From an uncultured Nitrososphaerota archaeon (GTDB lineage: Archaea > Korarchaeota > Korarchaeia > Korarchaeales > Korarchaeaceae), in NCBI GenBank assembly GCA_964480775.1, contig CAYZRF010000021.1:456-32455 (forward strand): a stretch of 32,000 bases of DNA, read 5' to 3'. Position numbers and translations under genes: made by a program. This document shows, one piece after another, positions 25,047 to 32,000 of this stretch. The notes beneath the pieces were generated by a model. The model had not been told where the DNA came from. It worked only from the letters and a program-made list of their open reading frames with translations, and did no database searches. How positions within the stretch are numbered: the stretch's first letter is position 1; each line of letters opens with the position of its first letter.

Positions 25047-25101
25047 TGAAATGAAATGAAATAATAATGAAATATTAATGAAATTCAGTGAAATATGAAA
25101 T
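25047..25101. repeat. Seven copies of TGAAAT in 55 bp
   Basis: Read directly. Copies start at 25047, 25052, 25057, 25068, 25079, 25089 and 25096, with spacings of 5, 5, 11, 11, 10 and 7. The array lies upstream of the TATA candidate in the divergent pilin/peptidase intergenic region. Confidence 0.8.
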
Positions 25102-25319
25102 AAATATATAGCATTTAATTTAAAGTTTTTTCGAGATAGAAATAATTACTACTTCCTAATCCGTAGACAGATCATGGACTGAGAAGATAACAATAACAGG
25201 TGAAATAGTTGTTAGTTAAAAAATTTGAAACTTTTGCTTTCTCGCTGATACCCTTACTCCTTTCTGAGCACAAGATCTTTACTCCCAATTTATTAATTAT
25301 CGCTTGATACCTTGTCGAG

Positions 25320-26057
25320 TTGATGCCTAGAATAGAGCAAATTAGAATAACTGCCTCTTTATTAGTTCTCTTGATTGCAACCCTACAGGACATTAAAGAT
25401 AGAGAAGTTGATGATGTAATCTGGCTGGTTGGTCTCTCTATAGGAGGAATTTTAGATGCCTTCCTCTTGTTTTCCGCGACACCAACAACACAGGAAATTT
25501 TACAGTATGTGAGATTCTCCATTCCTTTTCTGTTTATTATACTGACTTCATGGCGCTTCAAGCTCATGGGAGGCGCCGATATACTTGCTTTCATCACTCT
25601 GGCGATACTTCAACCGAGTCATCCGCTAGGAAAGTGCATGTTTCCTCCGGCTTTCTGTACGATGCTGTACTCAAACTTTCTTATGCTTCTTGTTCCGTTT
25701 TCTTTTCTAATATGGAACGTGAGGCTTATACTAAAGGGAGAGAATATTTTTGATGGATTTAAAGAATCTTCTCTCAGAAAATTCATAGCAAGCCTTTTTG
25801 CAATAGCAATTCAAGCAGAAAGTGCTAAGAATTTCAAATTTTTCTCAGTGGCTCAGGAAGGGGGCTCCCCCGAGAAGAAATTTAGACTCGTCTCAGCACT
25901 CTCGATTCCAGAAACGAAAGAAGAACTGCCGAAGACAGAAGAACATCTAGTGTGGATCTGTCCTTCGATCCCCATGATTCCATTTATTCTAGCTGGGTAC
26001 GTGCTAACCATATTGATAGGGGACCCCGTGCTATTGTTGATAGAGATCTTCAAGTAG
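25320..26057 (+). CDS. Archaeal prepilin/preflagellin peptidase, FlaK/PibD type (A24 family); the probable start is the ATG at 25323
   Basis: Catalytic motifs TLQDIKDREVDDVIW and KLMGGADILAF are present in a polytopic protein. A hydrophilic insert (ESAKNFKFFSVAQEGGSPEKKFRL...) precedes the last TM helix. A TATA-like TTTATTAATTA lies about 30 nt upstream. Confidence 0.8.
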   Translation: MMPRIEQIRITASLLVLLIATLQDIKDREVDDVIWLVGLSIGGILDAFLLFSATPTTQEILQYVRFSIPFLFIILTSWRFKLMGGADILAFITLAILQPSHPLGKCMFPPAFCTMLYSNFLMLLVPFSFLIWNVRLILKGENIFDGFKESSLRKFIASLFAIAIQAESAKNFKFFSVAQEGGSPEKKFRLVSALSIPETKEELPKTEEHLVWICPSIPMIPFILAGYVLTILIGDPVLLLIEIFK

Positions 26058-26069
26058 ACATGAAGCAGC

Positions 26070-26885
26070 TTACTTTCTGGTAGCCTCTCCACCAACATCC
26101 TTAACAAGAGATAGAAGCAAACCCTCTGCTTTTTTTACCAGAGCTAGTGCTTCATCCCTTTTTTGAGCCCTTGCCGACAAGTGAATCAGTAATAGAGGAA
26201 CTCCCAACTCCATCCCCCTTGGATGGCTTTTCACGTAGACCTCGGGATACTTTTTTACAACTTCATCGATGAGAGGAGCTATCGACGACTCAGGAACACC
26301 AGAAATATATAATTCTGTCTCGGCTACTGTTAATTGAGTTCTTGCCCTCAATTCGTCCATCAAATTGTTGAAGATGGCCTTCATCTCCTTCGGAACTCCT
26401 GGCAAAGAGATTATCAGACTATCTCCTTCCTTGATCATTATTCCAGGAGCCGTGCCCGCTGGATTTTCAAGAGGAATAGCTCCTTCAGGTAGTTTTGCCA
26501 TCTTTATCCTGTGTTCTGTGATTTCCATCCCAGCCAACTCATACTTTCTTTTCACAATCTCTAGAGCTCTCTCATTAATTTCCCACGCCCTGCTAAGGGC
26601 ATAAGCCAGCGCTTCACTCGTTTTATCATCATAGGTTGGTCCTAAGCCACCTGTGGATATTATGAGATCTGCTCCTGCGGACAGAGCCGTCTTAAATGCC
26701 CAAGAGATCTCTTCAAAATCGTCCATCACAGTTATACCTCTTTTTACCCTGTAACCTATCGAAGTGAGCTGTTTTGCGAGCCAAGAAAAGTTTGTATTTA
26801 CTACCTTGCCAATAAGCAATTCGTTTCCAATGGATATTATCCAGGCCTCAACTTCATTTGAAGCTTTGGAATCCATCTTTCTCAT
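26070..26885 (-). CDS. cinA: CinA-like protein with an N-terminal MoCF-binding (MoaB/MogA-fold) domain
   Basis: Motifs seen: IISIGNELLIGKVVNTN, ISTGGLGPTYDDKT and SLPGVPKEMK. At 271 aa, it appears to lack the C-terminal PncC deamidase domain of long CinA proteins. Confidence 0.8.
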   Translation of the reverse strand: MRKMDSKASNEVEAWIISIGNELLIGKVVNTNFSWLAKQLTSIGYRVKRGITVMDDFEEISWAFKTALSAGADLIISTGGLGPTYDDKTSEALAYALSRAWEINERALEIVKRKYELAGMEITEHRIKMAKLPEGAIPLENPAGTAPGIMIKEGDSLIISLPGVPKEMKAIFNNLMDELRARTQLTVAETELYISGVPESSIAPLIDEVVKKYPEVYVKSHPRGMELGVPLLLIHLSARAQKRDEALALVKKAEGLLLSLVKDVGGEATRK

Positions 26886-27015
26886 ATGACCAAGACAGAT
26901 TATTTACCTTCCCTTTTTACAACCCAACGAATAATGAAATCATTAAGATAATGCTTGGATCTTAACAGCTCCCTTAATAAGAGGTTTTTATGCTCTAATT
27001 CATAAACATATTAGG

Positions 27016-27438
27016 ATGAGAAAAGTACCACCTGAAATTCTGATATCCACCGTTCTAATGATACTATGTGGACTTTTCTTCATCTGCATTGGAGTTCTCT
27101 TTCTCAAAGTAGAGGTAGAACAAACACAACTACTCTTAATTTCTTATGTTTCAATTATCTTTGGCTTAATATTAGTTGTATTATCAGCTTTCCTGTGGAT
27201 GGGTTACAACGAAGCTAGAATTGGCGCGATAATCATTCACACCTTGATCTTAGTCCTTTCTCCAATTCCATTTGTCTATAGTGTTCCTTTAATGTGGAGG
27301 GTTGGAGAGATAAGAGGTCTCTTAACATCCCTCTCTCTGACTCTTCCAACAGCCTATTCCCTGTTTATACTTTACCTTTTAACTAGACCTGGAGCAGCTT
27401 CGCATATGAAGAAGGTTAGGGCACCGCCATTAGTGTAA
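27016..27438 (+). CDS. Hypothetical four-TM membrane protein
   Basis: ORF track entry with four clear hydrophobic segments. I recognise no family. Confidence 0.5.
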   Translation: MRKVPPEILISTVLMILCGLFFICIGVLFLKVEVEQTQLLLISYVSIIFGLILVVLSAFLWMGYNEARIGAIIIHTLILVLSPIPFVYSVPLMWRVGEIRGLLTSLSLTLPTAYSLFILYLLTRPGAASHMKKVRAPPLV

Positions 27439-27474
27439 AGTTATGATATATAATTACATCTTAAGGGGTAATGC

Positions 27475-28155
27475 TTGATCAAATTGCACAAAACTGCTGT
27501 AGTGATACCCGCGTACAATGAAGCCCAGTTCATAGCAGACGTTGTTTCAAGGGCTAAGAAATATGTAGACAAAGTTATAGTTGTAGATGATGGTAGTACA
27601 GATGAAACAGCAAGATTAGCTGCTGAAAAAGGTGCGATAGTGATAGTGCACGAGAAAAACATGGGAAAATGGATTGCACTCCAAGACGGATTTAAAAAAG
27701 CGGTTGATATATCAGATCTAATCGTCCAGATGGATGGAGATGGGCAGCACGACCCTGAAGAGATACCTAAGTTCATAGCGGCCTTAGAAGAATTTGATGT
27801 AGTCCTAGGGTACAGGTCTAAGAAAGGAATGCCCATCATAAGGAAAATCTCTAATTTTATTACTACAGCAATGTTAAGGCTCTTTTTCTCGTTACAAGTT
27901 TCAGATTCACAATGTGGATATCGGGCATACAAAAAGGATGCTTTAAGAAAACTAATGAAGGTTAAGGCAAAAGGATTTGAGGGGGAAACTGCTTCTCTGA
28001 TCTTGGCTAAAAGACTGGGTCTAAAGATAGGAGAAGTTCAAATAAAAACAATTTACGGTAGGGAGAAATCCAAGATGAAAGTCATAAGAGATACTTACAG
28101 GTTTCTAAGTACTGTTTTATCCATGAAAATTAAGGCGACAAAAGGAGAGATTTGA
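27475..28155 (+). CDS. GT2-family glycosyltransferase (dolichyl-phosphate hexose synthase-like)
   Basis: Motifs seen: VVIPAYNEAQFI, VIVVDDGSTDETA, the DxD-type MDGDGQHDP and SQCGYRAY. Confidence 0.85.
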   Translation: MIKLHKTAVVIPAYNEAQFIADVVSRAKKYVDKVIVVDDGSTDETARLAAEKGAIVIVHEKNMGKWIALQDGFKKAVDISDLIVQMDGDGQHDPEEIPKFIAALEEFDVVLGYRSKKGMPIIRKISNFITTAMLRLFFSLQVSDSQCGYRAYKKDALRKLMKVKAKGFEGETASLILAKRLGLKIGEVQIKTIYGREKSKMKVIRDTYRFLSTVLSMKIKATKGEI

Positions 28156-28247
28156 TTTAGAATTTTTCTTGATTCTTATCAACAATTCTTTCGACTCACT
28201 GTTTATTCAACCTCTATCCTCCACCAAAAAGGCCACATGGAGATACT

Positions 28248-30101
28248 TTATCCATTGGAACACAATATGTTCTTTCTAACTACACTACCTCCCGGGCCAT
28301 GTATTACGATCTCAATGGGCATCTTCTCTTCTCGACAAGAAATTTCCAAGATGATTTCATCACCTGGCCCGATAGTTTTATCCCTAGAGGAAAGGGATTC
28401 TACTCCTAAAACATCGCAAGGTGTGCCTCCAACATATACAACCCAGTTTTTCGGATCTAATACAACTTCTAAAGGTGCTGATTGTTCTTTGCATACAAGT
28501 TTAACCTTAAGGGGATTTAGCTGGCACGATATAATCTCGAAAACAGGAGGTTCACACCCAACAACTGGCTGATAGGCCACAAACCTCGAAGTTCTGAAGG
28601 CTTCTACAAAGCAAGGTAGAGTGAGCCTATACTCTGGTGGCATGTCTAAGCTTACAGCTATCAAGTGAGCTCCCTCCCTCAGGGAACTGTCCCAGGGCTG
28701 TGCTACTTTTCCTACAACGTTGCATCCCACTACTTCTAAGTAGTTCGTTACTCCCATGAAGCCAAGCAAAACAACCTTTTTTCCAGATGCTAAATCACGA
28801 AACCTTCTCATGTCATTCCAAATAGCCCACTGATCTTCTCTAATGACGGGATTTGTCAAAAACCAAGCTATGACGATAATTAATGCTATGGGAGCCATAT
28901 TAGACAAACGAAGAAGTGAAAGAATTTTTCTTAGAGATAGAGCCGAAATTACAGAAAAAGGTAAGGAAAGCTGGAGAACGAACCTAATGCTGAAGCCAAT
29001 AATCGTTATTTGGGCAAAAGAGAGATATGCCAAGGTTAAGTATCCTAAAGTGTAGAGCAACAGCCATTTCTCGCATTCATCCTTGAATCTAAGTAGAATA
29101 AGTCCTGATAATGGGATTGCAACCCAAAGACCCAAATCTAGTTCCATCTTCTTAATGAGCGATAGTAAGGAGTAGATTACTCCTAAAGGATTCAAGTTGA
29201 TGGAAGAAATGGAAAGCTCTTCTCTTATGTAAGTAACCAGCTCGAAAATAACTCCAGGTATCAATAGAGTGGTTATGAAAGCAGAAACCAAAGGAAGGGC
29301 GAAAAACAGCTTCTTTTTTCTAAGAGCGACTATCAACAAAAAAACCAGCAGATACCAAGAAGATATATGCGCAAGAGGAAGCAGGGCTCCTATCAGAACA
29401 CACCAGACGAGCTTGCGTTTAAGCAAAGAATAGACTAAGAATAAAGATATAACATCACAAACCAAATTTGCATAGGTTCCAACATCAAAAAGATGTCTAA
29501 TTCCAGAAGAAATTGGAAGAAGGCTCCAAGCAGAGAGAAGAGCTATTCTTTCACCATAAATTTCCCTTATTATCATGTAAACAAGCCCGGCTTCAACTGG
29601 AATCAAGGAAGAGAGAATCAGCCTAAATGCAAAAACCCAGCCATCGTAGTCCACAACGGATTTAATTGCTCCTCCAGCCAAATGAATTAGGAAAGGGTAT
29701 GTGTGAATGACTTTACCGTTTTCTGCATAATTGATGGACGCCAAGAAGTGAAATGGCTCATCAGGATTTATCCATGAAGCTACTAACGGTCTGTAATATA
29801 TAGACAGAAGAACACCCAAGATATGTGGAATAACAGCGTACGCTAATCCTTTAGCCTCGGATCTTGATACTTCAACCGTAGACAAACGCCAAGAGGAGAA
29901 AATGGCAACGATAGACATAGGATAAATCAACAGAGGGAAAATCCTGAGTAAAGGAACAGCTAAAGTTAGCAATAAGAAACCCATAACAGGAGATATAACT
30001 ATGGATTCTTCAAATTCAGCATTAAACAGCATGTTTGCTACGGAAAATCCTCCAAATAATACGAAGATTGCAATCGCTGCTAAGGAAAATATCAATGCCA
30101 C
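28248..30101 (-). CDS. 617-aa polytopic membrane protein with a C-terminal soluble domain; candidate GT-C-fold glycosyltransferase
   Basis: About 13 hydrophobic segments are followed by a hydrophilic C-terminal domain of about 190 aa. The GTG start has a GGAGA SD. It sits among glycosylation genes. No WWDYG-type AglB/STT3 motif was found. The CDS itself is well supported; the functional call is weak. Confidence 0.55.
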   Translation of the reverse strand: MALIFSLAAIAIFVLFGGFSVANMLFNAEFEESIVISPVMGFLLLTLAVPLLRIFPLLIYPMSIVAIFSSWRLSTVEVSRSEAKGLAYAVIPHILGVLLSIYYRPLVASWINPDEPFHFLASINYAENGKVIHTYPFLIHLAGGAIKSVVDYDGWVFAFRLILSSLIPVEAGLVYMIIREIYGERIALLSAWSLLPISSGIRHLFDVGTYANLVCDVISLFLVYSLLKRKLVWCVLIGALLPLAHISSWYLLVFLLIVALRKKKLFFALPLVSAFITTLLIPGVIFELVTYIREELSISSINLNPLGVIYSLLSLIKKMELDLGLWVAIPLSGLILLRFKDECEKWLLLYTLGYLTLAYLSFAQITIIGFSIRFVLQLSLPFSVISALSLRKILSLLRLSNMAPIALIIVIAWFLTNPVIREDQWAIWNDMRRFRDLASGKKVVLLGFMGVTNYLEVVGCNVVGKVAQPWDSSLREGAHLIAVSLDMPPEYRLTLPCFVEAFRTSRFVAYQPVVGCEPPVFEIISCQLNPLKVKLVCKEQSAPLEVVLDPKNWVVYVGGTPCDVLGVESLSSRDKTIGPGDEIILEISCREEKMPIEIVIHGPGGSVVRKNILCSNG

Positions 30102-30364
30102 TCTCCATCGATTATAATTTGAACTAAAGTCATAATTCTATCTGACTCACAAAAGCCCATGTTTAAAGCAACGTCACACGGATAGTGAAAATTGAATCAC
30201 ATTTCAATTAGTGCCTAGAAACTTTCTTTCTCTTGTCTTGGGTCTTTTCAGTAGTAAAATATCTCGTGAGCCTTCAGTAGGGCATTGTACAACAAGACTG
30301 ATCCGCTTTAGGTTTGATTTCAAAATTTTTATTTAGCTAATTAACTTGGAAAATGGAATAAGCA

Positions 30365-31306
30365 TTGCATAGCGAGAAATTCATAGTTACTGGTGGCGCA
30401 GGATTCATAGGAAGCAGACTAATAAAACGCTTGCTCGAAAGAGGATGTGAAATTATAGTCATAGACAACTTCCACACAGGATCCTTATCAAACCTAGAAG
30501 ATGTACTTGACGGATTAAAATTAGTAGAAGGAAGGAGTAAGAAAATATCTGATCTTGAAATAAGGGTTGATGGAGTTTTTCATTTAGGAATTTACTCCTC
30601 CTCACCAATGTATAGGGAAAACCCAAGAATGGTATCAGATGTCATAGAAGATGGGATAGCTGTTCTTGAGTATTGCAGGAAGACTGGCTGCCCGCTAGTT
30701 TTCGCCTCAACATCGTCTCTCTATAACGGAAATCCCCTCCCTTATAGGGAGGATATGCCTGTTTTTGTAACAGACTACTATACTGAAGCTCGTTACTATC
30801 TTGAAAGGCTTTCAGAGCTATATAGGAGTATGTACGGGGTCAAAAGCACGGGTCTGAGGTTGTTCAGCGTGTATGGGGAGAACGAAATCCCTAAAGGAAA
30901 ATATGCAAATATGATCTCTCAATTCATTTGGTCCCTACTGAGGGAGGAGCCTCCAGTTATATATGGAGATGGCAGCCAAACGAGGGACTTCATCTACGTG
31001 GAGGACGTCGTAAGCGCTTTTTTGACTTCAATGGATTCCGAAAAGGATGGCATCTTTAATGTAGGAACTGGTATTGAAACTTCTTTCAATGAGGTATTTT
31101 CTATGATTAAAGAAGCTTTGGGATCTAAATTGGAACCAAAATACGTTCCGTGTCCGATAAAGAATTACGTCTACAGGACTAGAGCTGATACCACGAAAGC
31201 CGAGGCTCAACTGGGATTTAAGGCTAGAACAGGCTTGGATGAGGGTATAAGAAGAGTTGCTGCGTACTACAGGGGGAAAATAGACGAGATAATTGTTGGT
31301 AAGTAG
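30365..31306 (+). CDS. NAD-dependent nucleotide-sugar epimerase/dehydratase (extended SDR)
   Basis: A Rossmann motif VTGGAGFIGSRL is present, along with ASTSSLYG-like and RLFSVYGE motifs. The catalytic motif reads Y139-T-E-A-R143 rather than YxxxK. The start is TTG. Confidence 0.85.
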   Translation: MHSEKFIVTGGAGFIGSRLIKRLLERGCEIIVIDNFHTGSLSNLEDVLDGLKLVEGRSKKISDLEIRVDGVFHLGIYSSSPMYRENPRMVSDVIEDGIAVLEYCRKTGCPLVFASTSSLYNGNPLPYREDMPVFVTDYYTEARYYLERLSELYRSMYGVKSTGLRLFSVYGENEIPKGKYANMISQFIWSLLREEPPVIYGDGSQTRDFIYVEDVVSAFLTSMDSEKDGIFNVGTGIETSFNEVFSMIKEALGSKLEPKYVPCPIKNYVYRTRADTTKAEAQLGFKARTGLDEGIRRVAAYYRGKIDEIIVGK

Positions 31307-31308
31307 AG

Positions 31309-32000
31309 CTACCTATCACCACTTATCCAACTATTAAGAAGCTCCATTTCGCTCAAAAACCATATAATTGCCTTTCCAACCGCACCTGTCCTACTGAAAA
31401 TTAGTTTCAGCCTCTCAAGATCTTCTTTACTCACTCCTTTGAGTACAAGGATTAATACAGAATAGGTGAGTAATCCCACCAATCCTTCAATGAGAACCCT
31501 AATTAATGGCACTAAGGAGACGAGAATGTGTTCTATAAGGGAGATAACGGTTGCCATCAGTAAGGAAGCTAAAAATATCCTTCCAGAAGATTCTAAGTCC
31601 ACAGAAAAACCGTATGTCTTGTAGACCATGTAATCTAAGAGAAAAATGGTCATAAAGGATACAAGAAGGATAGTAGCAATTAATCCATATATCTCAAACT
31701 TTGGGATCAAGAAAACGCTTGCAGGTACCCCAACAACTAATGATAAGAGATTTGCTTTCATTATCTCGGCTGTTTTTCCTTGACTTGTTAGCAAAGCTCT
31801 AACACTTAGGGATCCTATTGCACAAAAAAGCTGACCAATACTTATTAAAGAGAGGAAAATAGGTGCCTGATAGTATTTCTCTCCAAGGAGTGTGAATACC
31901 AAGGGCCTAGATGTCACAATAACCCACATAGCTGCTGGGACGACAAAGATCGAGGGATACTTAACAGAAGCCCTAAAAGCTTTCCTAAGCTTGTCTGTTT
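31309..32000 (-). CDS. Wzx-like polysaccharide/oligosaccharide flippase (MOP superfamily), C-terminal part; the N-terminus lies beyond the window
   Basis: The reading frame stays open upstream of the track's Met at 31929 to the window edge (...TDKLRKAFRASVKYPSIFVVPAAMWVIV...). The protein is polytopic, and the LLGEKYYQAPIFLSLISIGQLF segment is typical of the polysaccharide-biosynthesis C-terminal domain. Confidence 0.7.
   Translation of the reverse strand, partial: TDKLRKAFRASVKYPSIFVVPAAMWVIVTSRPLVFTLLGEKYYQAPIFLSLISIGQLFCAIGSLSVRALLTSQGKTAEIMKANLLSLVVGVPASVFLIPKFEIYGLIATILLVSFMTIFLLDYMVYKTYGFSVDLESSGRIFLASLLMATVISLIEHILVSLVPLIRVLIEGLVGLLTYSVLILVLKGVSKEDLERLKLIFSRTGAVGKAIIWFLSEMELLNSWISGDR

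Noticed and set aside
20851-25101. The short tandem repeats could be a CRISPR array or a mobile-element terminus
   Set aside because: The units are only 5-11 bp with no unique spacers and no cas or transposase genes nearby. Their position directly upstream of TATA boxes fits cis-regulatory repeats.
25172-25597. 141-aa minus-strand ORF overlapping the start of the FlaK-type peptidase gene
   Set aside because: It is antisense to a CDS with clear catalytic motifs and extends into the AT-rich promoter region. It is most likely spurious.
17031-26057. Locus 2 could be an archaellum operon
   Set aside because: No FlaH (KaiC-like) protein, no FlaX or FlaCDE, and no recognisable FlaF/FlaG were found. 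The gene order and the two short pilins fit a non-motility type IV pilus better. Profile searches could still overturn this.
28237-28572. 111-aa plus-strand ORF, along with 28843-29055 and 29493-29690
   Set aside because: All lie antisense within the long 617-aa membrane-protein ORF, and their compositions do not look protein-like.

Overview
This window looks archaeal. It has AT-rich TATA-type promoters, operons of overlapping genes coupled through Shine-Dalgarno (SD) sequences, class III (prepilin-like) signal peptides, and FlaI/FlaJ/FlaK-type proteins. No rRNA, tRNA, CRISPR array, transposase or integrase was seen. There are three themes. (1) A molybdopterin-cofactor (Moco) gene set: moaC (partial, missing from the ORF track), moaA, moaB, two tandem moeA paralogues (one fused to a periplasmic-binding-protein-like domain) and a ThiF/MoeB-type E1, followed by an MFS transporter and sfsA. 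(2) Two separate type IV filament loci. Locus 1 (about 783-9118) is an AT-rich block lying between moaC and moaA. It is Tad/Flp-like: a Flp-type prepilin, a CpaF/TadA-like ATPase, a split TadB/TadC-like platform, a short TadV/CpaA-like A24 peptidase and a TadZ/CpaE-like ParA ATPase. It also carries a 386-aa polytopic membrane protein and a divergent six-gene operon of N-terminally anchored proteins that I cannot place in any family. Locus 2 (17031-26057) has a FlaI-like ATPase, a two-domain FlaJ/TadC-like platform, two paralogous pilins, five more pilin-like or anchored proteins (one with a 10-glycine run) and a divergent FlaK/PibD-type peptidase. Both pilin genes of locus 2 sit behind near-identical TATA cores with arrays of TGAAA(T) repeats upstream. 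(3) A glycosylation cluster: a GT2, a large GT-C-like membrane protein, an SDR epimerase and a Wzx-like flippase (partial). A CinA-like gene and a small membrane-protein gene lie between locus 2 and this cluster. A small CxxC gene at 16757-17038 appears disrupted by two compensating frameshifts. All functional calls rest on motifs I recognised by eye. No database search was run.
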